Assembly: GCA_951406725.2 (NCBI GenBank)
Contig: OX597840.1
Location: forward strand, 39,060,001 to 39,124,000
Direction: 5' to 3'
From: Octopus vulgaris
Lineage: Eukaryota
Length of the DNA: 64,000 nucleotides
Shown in pieces: positions 52,796 through 64,000 of the stretch; position 1 is the first letter of the stretch, and every line of letters begins with the position of its first letter. The notes below the pieces were generated by a model. The model worked only from the letters and a program-made list of their open reading frames with translations, ran no database searches and had not been told where the DNA came from. Both the position numbers and the translations under genes were made by a program.

Positions 52796-53641
52796 AGTAG
52801 TTGTTCACCTGTCAGTTGATACCTAGTGCTGTTTATTTTTTACGTCCCTAAAATTTAGCAATTCGCGAATGTGACTAACATAACCAAGTTCGAGATTAAA
52901 AAAAAAAAATAAGTACTAGGGTCCATTTATTCGTCTGATCCTTTCAAAGTAGTAATCCAGCATGGCCGCAGCCCAGTGACCGAGACAAGAAAAACATAAA
53001 AGACAAAAGTCAATTATTCTCACCTGCCTGCATTCGATGAAAAAGGTAGCGGTGACAGGAATCATTCTTATGTATTCTTATTACCTCCACCTTAGCGAAA
53101 GCAGTGGTATTTTTTCGTGACTGGCACGACTCGTCTCGATTTGGGGATAGATCCGTTACCGAACAGGCATTCTGGATTATTTTTTCTATTTTTTTACATA
53201 ATTTTTGTGAGCGCTCGGTTTCATTTTTAGTATTCTCTTTTGTGAGAGCAATCGAGTTTAATTGAGATATTCTCATTTTCAAAATCTTCCTTGGCTAATC
53301 GTTGGGAGGATGTTGGTGTTGCCTTGTGGAGGTTTGTGTTCTCTAGTGTTCTTGTTGTTGTGTGTTTTATAAGCACCAATCTCCATGATGATGCTTCGTA
53401 CAAGAATGAAATAAGACTGACATGACATTAGCCACGCCATCAACACTTTACAGATCAGCCAGAGACAAGATACATGCCCCATAATGGGAGGAATATTTAA
53501 AGTGTGTATCGTAATGTGAGGTTAACGGAGAGAAGTGGCAGATGCACGGGCGGGTGGGGATACTTGAAAAGAATGTAACGAGGATCGGGCTTTGGTAAAA
53601 AAAGGGAAAATAAACGATAAATCGAACATAAGAATGACGAG

Positions 53642-54343
53642 AAAGCCAATAATGAAAGGACCACGAGGAAGCCAATAATGAAAAGACCACGAGGAAGCCT
53701 ATAATGAAAGGACCACAAGGAAGCCAATAATGAAAGGACCACGGGGAAGCCAATAATGAAAGGACCACAAGGAAGCCAATAATGAAAGGACCACGGGGAA
53801 GCCAATAATGAAAGGACCACGGGGAAGCCAATAATGAAAGGACCATAAGGAAGCCAATAACGAAAGGACCACGAGGAAGCCAATAATAAAAGGACCACAA
53901 GGAAGCCAATAATGAAAGGACCACGGGGAAGCCAATAATGAAAGGACCACGGGGAAGCCAATAATGAAAGGACCATAAGGAAGCCTATAATGATAGGACC
54001 ACGAGGAAGCCAATAATAAAAGGACCACAAGGAAGCCAATAATGAAAGGACCACGGGGAAGCCAATAATGAAAGGACCACAAGGAAGCCAATAATGAAAG
54101 GACCACGAGGAAGCCAATAATAAAAGGACCACAAGGAAGCCAATAATAAAAGGACCACAAGGAAGCCAATAATAAAAGGACCACAAGGAAGCCAATAATA
54201 AAAGGACCACAAGGAAGCCAATAATGAAAGGACCACAAGGAAGCCAATAATGAAAGGACCACGAGGAAGCCTATAATGATAGGACCACGAGGAAGCCAAT
54301 AATGAAAGGACCACGTGGAAGCCTATAATGAAAGGACCAGGAA
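53642..54343. repeat. 26-bp minisatellite, ~27 units (AAGCCAATAATGAAAGGACCACRRGG)
   Basis: Units counted directly. Confidence 0.97.
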
Positions 54344-55958
54344 GTCACGGTACGAGGAACGGAATACTGCAAGATGAAGTAACGAACAAGCGAAGAGAGG
54401 CTGCAATTAAAAGCAGACGGATGGAGGAAAAGACTTGGTAACATAAAAACAAAATGTAATCAAAACGCAGTGGAACGAACAAACGGAAGAATTGAAGAGA
54501 CGAAGGAAAGTGACTTTGATTTTGCCGATATTTTTATCCATGCAAATGAGACAAAGAATGATAATTTTATTGCTAAAACTTGACTTTTGTTGAAAACAAT
54601 TTCTGTTGCTGTCAAGCAGGGAATTAATAACACAATATTCATGGATAGATAAAAATGCTTACAATTATGGTAACTCTGTCTAAAATATACAAGAAAGTCA
54701 TTTGAATATAACATAGCTTTTGTTTTAATCCGCAACATTGATGAATCAGAATCGCTCCATATAAATGTTAGCCGGTCTTTGTTGACAGCGAAATCGGCGT
54801 AGCTTTCATTTTGATTTATTAAGTACGTTCACAAAACTGGTTCGTCTTATTGCTCTTGTTATAAACGACTACTGCTGATGTTCCTATCTCTGATATTATA
54901 GATATTGCTGTTGTTCCTGGTGGAGGTGGCAGTGGTGGCGTTGCGATGTTGTTGTTGTTGGTGGTGGTGGTCGTGGATGTGTTCCTTGTGCTGCTAGTTT
55001 CATTGTCTTTAGCTATCGTGTTTTATATCGCGTCGGAATTGTAGACATAAACACACAGAGTCTGTAATGTTTATATTGTGGAACATATAAATAGATTTCT
55101 ATTCCAGCGACAGTAATTCTGTCTGTTTGGCACAGTCGGAGATCTACACAGCAACACACAACGCACATACATGTATATTTGTATACAGACACGTCTCTAA
55201 GCTTGTATATACACCGCATGTACACCTCCTCCGACACAAATACAGATACACACATTAATCTCCTAAACACACGTCTGTATATAAATGAGAGTACATATGT
55301 GTGTAGGTGTATGTTTGCATGTATGCGCATATGTGTACCTGTGTGCTTTTGGTCCACTATGTAGCAGTATTAACATGAAACGACATATATGAAAAAAAAA
55401 TGTAATATTCGTGAAATCATAAATGTACATGTACATATGTGTGTATGTATGTATGTTTGTGTGCGTGTACGTAGGTGTATATTTGTGTATTTGAGTCTAA
55501 CGAGAAGTCAACTTTGGAGCATGTGCGTGTGTGTCTGTAGCTCACATACTCGCATAAACGCACATATAATTCACATATAAACATATGTAACACGTTTATA
55601 CAAGCATACACACCCGCATATATACATATACATACATATAATAAATACATATATATAGATATATACATACATATATACATAAATACATAAATACATACAT
55701 GTAGAGACATATGTATATATTCATATTTAATTGTATCTGTACCTACACGTGTGTATAACACACCCACAAAGACATATTTACACATAAACAATGGTGCAGC
55801 ACTTTTAAAAACACGTGTACGAATGTATATGAATATATATATATATATGTATGCATACTTGTATATATACATATATCTATATGTATGTATATATCTATCT
55901 GTCTATCTATCTGACTACGCACCTATCTATTTATCCAGCTATATATATATATGTATGC

Positions 55959-56012
<54 letters not shown>

Positions 56013-56291
56013 CTATCTGTCTATCTATCTGACTATGTACCTATCTATTTATACATCTATATATATATATATATATATGTCTGTTTATCTATCAATATAT
56101 CTATCTGTGACCACGCTCAAGTTTATACGTTTGTAATTAGATGTACATATATATATATGCAGTATTATAATGCTTATCGATACATAATTTGGCTACAATA
56201 TACGAAGTATATGTGTATACGATTCGATGCTTCTATACGTGAGTGTATACATACATACATACATACATACATACATACATACATACATACA

Positions 56292-56322
<31 letters not shown>

Positions 56323-56781
56323 GTGTGTACGAGTGTGACTACGCCTTCTGCGTGACTGTGTAAATACAATTGCGTATATTATAAAGCACAATTTTTGCCT
56401 TTCAAATAGTAATGTATTATTCATGACACATTTGATAAACTGTTTTGATTTAGAACAAGTTCGATGTTTGTTTCCATACAAGACAGCTGGATATAAGTAA
56501 CATAATCACAGAAAATAAAATCATACATCGATATCTGTTCAAAACCTATTGTTGCAGAATTTTTCTGAAAGTTACTTATCCTCCCACCTATAACTAACAC
56601 AAGATTATTAAAAATATTTTCAGCAAAAACAGAGACTCACAAGTTTATTTATAAGAAGTTGACCTTCTACCCGCTATTGTTCGCTAAATGACATTCGTGT
56701 TTGCTCAGAAAGATTCATAAAATGTGATATAGTATCGGACCCTTTTCTGGTTTCCTGAAATTCTGGATTTCAGAAAAACTG

Positions 56782-57049
56782 TATATACACATACGAAGGG
56801 GAGACAAACACCCCCAACCGCCGGAACTGCATCTAGGGACACCGTGTTTCAGGACAATGATCCTGAAACACGGTGTCCCTAGATGCAGTTCCGGCGGTTG
56901 GGGGTGTTTGTCTCCCCTTCGTATGTGTATATAAGCACACAGGATAAAATGTGTCGAAGCTGTCAGGAGGCGTTCGATGCCTCCTAGGGCTATATAACGG
57001 TGGTGTACCCCCTACTGTCACGTTCTTGTTAGATTGACAGTATACAACC

Positions 57050-57052
<3 letters not shown>
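56782..57052. mobile_element. Young fold-back element: perfect 73-bp arms, 6-nt loop, unpaired tail
   Basis: 56782-56854 is the exact reverse complement of 56861-56933; tail 56934-57052 runs into (TA)n. Confidence 0.92.
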
Positions 57053-57085
<33 letters not shown>

Positions 57086-57589
57086 AAGAGAGAGAGAGAG
57101 AGATGGTTTGTTACCAACTTAATATGTCAGTCCCATAAAAGGGAAGAATGTAACTGCTATTTAGCCCCAGGAAACATCGTTTCTACTTGGCTATATGACA
57201 CAAGCATTTTTTCCCATAAGTTTTCAAACTGGGGTGATAAGCACCTCCACGCAGCTGTCGATGCTTATTTGCCTTAGAAAACCTATAGAATTTAAGTGGA
57301 CGGAACGGTTACAGGGTTATTTGTCTCTTCGTCGACACTGAATAACTCTTTGACTGCTAAAAACTCGTTCGATAATATATATAATGTTCTAAGTGTCCCA
57401 ATATCACTGATCTAATAAATAGAAACCTTTTTTGTTCCGAAATCTCTCAATGAGAGATATTCAGTAGCAGTCATTTAAGGTAAAGATTATTTGCCAACCT
57501 AAAGTGGCAGTCCTGTTTGGGACGAATGCTACTGTTGTTTAGCTCCAGGAGACTGTGTCTCTAGCAGATTATACGACACAAGAAGTGTC

Positions 57590-57752
57590 CTTTTTCTCTC
57601 CTTGTTTCTCTCTTTGTTTTCTGGGTCCCTTTCTGTAGAAGAGCGTAGGCTCGAAACGTAAAAGACTTTTCTATTCCTGAGCGTTATACTAATACATCTG
57701 TTTGTTTTGTACACCACCTGTCTTCGTCTTTTTTTTTTTTTCGCAAACTCTT

Positions 57753-57755
<3 letters not shown>
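57590..57755 (+). mobile_element. CTGTAGA-HHR short element
   Basis: Reverse-complement match to 63785-63935; ends in (TA)n. Confidence 0.85.
57629..57664 (+). ncRNA. Minimal type I hammerhead-like motif with CTGTAGA (A6U) core
   Basis: CTTT-CTGTAGA-A-GAGC GTAG GCTC-GAAA-CGT-A-AAAG. Confidence 0.65.
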
Positions 57756-57802
<47 letters not shown>

Positions 57803-58015
57803 TGTGTGTGTGTGTGTGTGTGTCTGTGTGTGTGTGTGTCTGTGTGTGTGTATGTTTGAGTGTGTGCATGTGCGCCTGCGTATGTACAGAGAGAGAATGT
57901 GTGAAGAGAAACAAACGGACAGAGGAGAGAGGAATAGATAGACAGATAGATAGAATTGTAAAAACCAACACACCAGACAATTGCAAATGTTTTATGCTAA
58001 TTATTGAACATATAC

Positions 58016-58068
<53 letters not shown>

Positions 58069-58837
58069 TAGTTAACAAATGCAAATAGTTATTTTACTAT
58101 TCACTTTAAATGTTCAATTTGAATTCGGAATAATCATTCTCTACGCTTATCTCCCCTTTTATTTCGCCGTCTTTAATTTCCAAACACAAATCTATTAGTC
58201 TATATCTCTCCGATAATAAAATTATACGAGACCTCTTACACGACCATATTACTAATATCTGTTGATTATTTAACACATTATAATACTTACAATCACGTAA
58301 CTATCGCTTATACTTGGACACCTCAAAGACAAAAAAAAAAAAATTAATCTGCGAAAAATGGCAAAAACAAATTAAATATATATTTATTGGTTATGTAAAC
58401 ATTTGCGTTCCATTGTGGATTCTAATTTATAATATATGGATTTTTTTAAGTACTTCCGTTAGTGCTTTTTCTTTGCATCAAAGTAATTAACTTACTATAA
58501 AAAATTTTAACAGTCTTTTTGATCAGAAAACATATAGAATACTTAAGTTCTATAGGGCAAGCTTTATAATGTACATCTAATATGGTTAACTTATGGATAT
58601 TAAGTCATTGAATCTCATTGAAAACGTTTTTATAGTTCTACCTTTATCATAAAATTTTATATATTTCATATTTTTGCATTATTCTCTTCGCTTTAGTTGC
58701 TGCTTAGCGTTATTTCATATGTTGTTGGTGTAAAATATTAGAAAAATTAGATGCTTTACGATGGCAGTAGAATGGCCTCATCCTAGAGAAATTATTCAAT
58801 CGGGCTTGTTGGATTTCATTGAAAATAAATATATATT

Positions 58838-59069
58838 TGTTTACTACCCACAAGAGGCTAAACACAGAGGAGAATGTCCTTTATGACAGACAAAGGGATT
58901 AAGTCGATTACATCGACCCCAGTGCGTAACTGGTATTTAAGTTAGCGACCCCGAAAGGATGAAAGGCAAAGTCGACCTCGGCGGAATCTGAACTCGGAAC
59001 GTAACCACAGACAAAATACGGCTACGCATTTAGTCCGGCGTGCTATCGTTTCTACCAGCTCGCCGCCTA
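58838..59069 (-). mobile_element. SINE family B, full length
   Basis: Reverse-complement match to 15941-16178. Confidence 0.88.
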
Positions 59070-59712
59070 CGTTGAAAATAATTATATAGACGCTGACATG
59101 GCTGTGCTGTTAAGAACTTTGCTGTGCGACCATGTGGTTTTGTGTTCAATTACAATGTTCGGTAACTAGGGCAACAATGTGTTTGTGAGAAAATTTGGAA
59201 ACCGAATCTGTTGGAAACGCTTTAAAACACACACATATATATTCATTTATATGCATATCTATGGAGGTATGCATTGATGTATGTATTTATGTATGCACTT
59301 GTGTACGTATGTATGCATGCATGTATATATGTATACATGAATGTATGTTTGTATGTATCTATGTAAAACGGTGGGGTGGAGAAAAATCAGAGAAGAATCT
59401 CACTGAGATTTGTTTCGGTTTTCATTCCCAAAACCAAATGGCTTAGAGTCTCCTTCCCAAATAATCAGACCCTCCATTACCTTGTTACAATGGCTAAACT
59501 GGTGAATGTATATATGTACAGAAATGCACACATATGGTGCTACAGTGGACTGGCAACAACAGTCATAGGAATAGCACAGCCTTATCAGAATGCGTAGGGA
59601 GAAGTAACGAAAAGCATTCGATCATATCATCTATCGATTACACATACACACAGACACACACACTCACACACAACAAAAACACAAATATCTATATATGTCC
59701 GCATGTATTAAT

Positions 59713-59771
<59 letters not shown>

Positions 59772-59899
59772 GGTGTGTAAAATTGTCCCCAAAATAAAAT
59801 CTTCATTTACTTCTTCAATATTTCGAGTGTGAAATAATGCTTTCAAATTTTGGCTCAATTTAGGAGTAATATTAGGAGAGAGACCCACGTTTAGGAGGT

Positions 59900-60062
59900 T
59901 TGTCAACCACATCGACTACAGTGTCGAAATGGAGCTTTTTTTATCGACTTCGAAAGGGATGAAATGCAAAGTCCACCTTGTTGGAATTTGATCTCGGAAG
60001 GCGAAGACGGACGAAATGCCGCTAAGCATTTCATAGGGTGAGCAAACGATTCTGCCACCTTT
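59900..60062 (-). mobile_element. Decayed SINE family B
   Basis: CGAAAGGGATGAAATGCAAAGTC..GACGAAATGCCGCTAAGCATTTC. Confidence 0.7.
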
Positions 60063-60129
60063 ATTTGTGTTCGATATAACGAAACAGAATAGCGGACATA
60101 GTTTTTAAATGCATCTGTATATATATATG

Positions 60130-60168
<39 letters not shown>

Positions 60169-60298
60169 TTATATGGCGGTGCCCCAGCATGCCCACAGCT
60201 CGTGAGCTGGAACTAGATAAAATAAAATAAATAAAATAAAAATATGTATATGTATATATATATGTATATATATATATATATGCATGTCTTTATAAATA

Positions 60299-60350
<52 letters not shown>

Positions 60351-60364
60351 TGTCTTTATATATA

Positions 60365-60402
<38 letters not shown>

Positions 60403-60698
60403 TGTATAAAGTTTAAAAAGGGCACATACTTTTTTCCACACACATATATATATATGTGTGTGTGTGTGTGAGTGTGTGTATATGTGTATATATGAATGTA
60501 TGTGCAAATGCATATGTTTATCAGCGTAAATGTATATACGTATGTATAGGGCAAGTGATATTTAAACAAATAGTTAGGTAGGCAAATACATAGAGATAGT
60601 ACCGCAGACACACAGACAGACAGCGGTGAATCGATTGATTGTTTCATATATATAAATACATACTTAACTAAATACACACACACAACACATATATAAAT

Positions 60699-60734
<36 letters not shown>

Positions 60735-61042
60735 GCGTGTTTGTGTTACAATGTGTGTGTGTGTGTGTAGGTTTGTTATGTCTACTAGACAGATTGATTT
60801 CTTATGTAAAATGTTATACAACTCTCGGGTATCGCCAAACGTCTGCAATTCCGAATGGTTTGTAACACTACACAATATTTCGAACGCGTGTATACACATA
60901 CAGACAAAATACTTATACAAATACGTTTATATATGTGTATGTGTGTATGTGTGTGTGTGTATATGTATATATATTTATATATCTTTATATATTTAAGTGT
61001 GTAAGAGTGTGTGTGTGTATGTGTCTGTGCCTATATATATTC

Positions 61043-61112
<70 letters not shown>

Positions 61113-61699
61113 AAGTGCGTGATTATGCGGGTTTGGGCGATGTTCAGAACCCGATCACAAGAGAATACATCAGATTTATAAGTACATATGATAAATCACC
61201 GCAGAGGTTTCTATGAAAATCAACAATGATTTATTGAAGTCTCTGAAAATGGAGATTTTGCAGAATAATTCGAAATAGAAAAGATTGCATTCACCAAACT
61301 ACATTTTGGTAAGCCGTCCGTACTCTCTGTCTTCTATTATGATTTATACAAGAGATTGTTCACATAGCGCCAAACTAATCCGAAATAATTGTTCAGTCGC
61401 ATTAGATGTTATGTACTAAATAGTATTCTCACAAGTTTTTGTAATTTTCGGATTTATTTCTGCCGTCAAGTGTCATACTATTCCGTATAAAATGCGATAT
61501 AAGGTATGAAAATATTTGTAGAAGTGACTGGACTTTGGTGTGTATATGTGTGGGGGGTGCATACGGTGCACTTAAGTATCATTACGAACAGTGAATTGCT
61601 TTCTGTATTGTGGTTCATTCATTTGTTAATCGGCTTGATAAAAGACACCTGAAATTTACTAAAGTACGAATTTTTACGCACACAGACGCTTACACACAA

Positions 61700-61730
<31 letters not shown>

Positions 61731-61909
61731 CATGCGCATATACATATTTATCAACGTATCTATGCATATCTACCTATCTGTCTGTCTAGCTCTCTCTCTA
61801 CCTATGTATCTATCTATCTATCTCTTTCTCTCTCTCTACATATATATATATATATGTCTATCTTACTAACTACTTATCTATCTATTTATTTATCAATTTA
61901 TTTATCTAT

Positions 61910-61952
<43 letters not shown>

Positions 61953-62144
61953 CATTCAATATCTATACATATATCTATTTATCTGCACATATACAGCCGG
62001 GGACAATAGTAGTCCGAAAACACCACTCGATTGCAAACCCTTTCACTGTATATGTACATTTTAGCTCTTATTTCTAGCAATGTAGGCTTTTCTAACAACT
62101 TAGTCACATATAGTGACAATATTTATATAGAGATTAACATAAGA

Positions 62145-62186
<42 letters not shown>

Positions 62187-62280
62187 CTATAAGTATACGT
62201 TTATATATATATATACATGTATAAGTATGCACATATATAAATAAATAACTAAATAAATATCTAAATATATATATAGATAC

Positions 62281-62321
<41 letters not shown>

Positions 62322-62532
62322 GGTGTATAGCTAACTAGCCAGCTAACCCGCTAGTTACATCGATAGACAGTCAGATGGATAAAGAGATAGACGGATAGAT
62401 TTGTAGGCCGATAGTCAGACAGACATACTGACAGACATAAAGTTAGACACTGAAAGACAAACATGTGCAACCTATTAGAATCAAACTTCTTACGTCAACA
62501 GTAATACAAACACACACACGGACAAACACACA

Positions 62533-62588
<56 letters not shown>

Positions 62589-62846
62589 CTTATATGTATG
62601 TGTACATATAAATATATGAGAGTGTTTAGACATACATGTTAATATTTATACATGTATATATATATATGTATATATATGTATATATATTTATGTATTAGAT
62701 ATTATTTTATATACATACATATATATATACACTTATATATATATATATATATTATATATTATATATATATATATATACGTGTATATATATATGTATGTAT
62801 ATACATTAGATATTATATATATATATATATATACATATATATACAC

Positions 62847-62878
<32 letters not shown>

Positions 62879-63730
62879 GCATATATATTTAAAATGAAGT
62901 TTACATCGAAATTATCAAGTAGGTTAGTTGAAGCTAAGCCCCAATGGGAACGTTGCCAACCAAGCATATCTCGCTGGTGTATTGTATTAGAGAATTAACG
63001 CCCCAGACTTTGCCAAACATTTCGATGACAGATTTGTATGAGATTTCTCCGTATTCAGAAGTAATGGATTTATCTATCTTCAATACACAGAAGTGTATTA
63101 TACAAGACAGATACGGCATGATAAGATTTACAAATGGTGGATAGTGAAAGTAGAATAACAAAAACTAAATAAAAAAATAATGGAAGTAGAATCAAATAAA
63201 CTTTCAAGTGCTGTGTCGATGTGTTTCGTAAAACAGCTCAAAGACATCGCGTCTACGTATCGAATTTAATTCCATGTGGGCGAACCATGCATTTGTTATT
63301 GTAGTCTTTGACGTAGTTGCTTCAGATGCTGTTTTCCGCCCTAGGTTAACCCCATTAAGAGGTCTTATCAAATGCGGAACAGTCGTAAGTACCTAATTCT
63401 GAGATTTAATAAGATATCTCATAGCTATGTAGTATTAGAGGATAAAGAATTTAAGATACCGTTTTTGTATTTGTTTTGTATGATTATCAGTGTGAAACAC
63501 GTCCGTTAGAATAAATTACGTTGTTGGTTGGGAGGGTCGTTATGCCAATTGTAACACACCAGCTGGTTCCATTTCTTTTCCACATGTCAAGTGATTAGCT
63601 ATTTTATCAAATTATTTATCGATTGCTCACATAATCTGTCGCTTGTGAAAGTGCAATAGTAGATATTCGTGACCATGTAATGACATGCCCTGACTCGTCC
63701 ATGTCTAATAAAAAGTTAAGGTACAACAGG

Positions 63731-63777
<47 letters not shown>

Positions 63778-63784
63778 ATATATA

Positions 63785-63967
63785 GGGAGAGTTTACGAAG
63801 ACAGGTGGTGTACAAAACAAACAGATGTATTAGTATAACGTTCAGGAATAGAAAAAGTCTTTTACGTTTCGAACCTACGCTCTTCTACAGAAAGGGACAC
63901 AGAAAAAACAAGGAGAGAAACAAAGAGAGAAAAAAATGCGTGTAGTGCCTAACGATCTATCATGGCG
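63785..63967 (-). mobile_element. CTGTAGA-HHR short element, longest copy (HHR at 63859-63894)
   Basis: Minus strand CTTT-CTGTAGA-A-GAGC GTAG GTTC-GAAA-CGT-A-AAAG; the 3' end abuts (TA)n. Confidence 0.85.
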
Positions 63968-64000
63968 TCTCTCTGTCTCTCTCTATATATATAGATGCAG

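Noticed and set aside
53448-54314. 109-237 aa minus-strand ORFs; possible CRISPR array
   Set aside because: The ORFs arise from a 26-bp unit lacking stops on that strand; there are no unique spacers or cas genes.
55890-56060. Short local duplications inside microsatellites (also 60270-60370, 62690-62815, 30965-31280)
   Set aside because: Explained by ordinary slippage in simple repeats.

Overview
AT-rich, microsatellite-saturated, non-coding animal DNA. The repeat content (three tRNA-headed SINE families and dense (TA)n/(TG)n/(ATT)n/(GATA)n tracts) resembles an octopus/coleoid cephalopod intron or intergenic region; this is inferred from recognition, not from a search. I find no intact protein-coding gene, and nearly all ORF-track entries are microsatellite or SINE read-through. 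Recognisable coding remnants are decayed non-LTR retrotransposon pieces: Dong/R4-like ends in (TAA)n, a HERO-like end, a CR1-group end and probable RTE-like fragments. There is also a non-autonomous Helitron and a 27 x 26-bp minisatellite. The main signal is a dense, diverse set of hammerhead-ribozyme (HHR) motifs. About eleven whole type I motifs from about seven unrelated short-element families, plus partial ones, sit next to microsatellites. Alongside them are about eleven fold-back elements, most shaped as an inverted duplication plus an unpaired tail. In two of these the inversion breakpoint lies in HHR stem II, and one near-perfect palindrome carries a full HHR on each strand. This suggests a Penelope/retrozyme-like, microsatellite-targeting family of ribozyme-bearing hairpin retroelements. 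All folds and alignments were done by eye, so coordinates of decayed copies are approximate.
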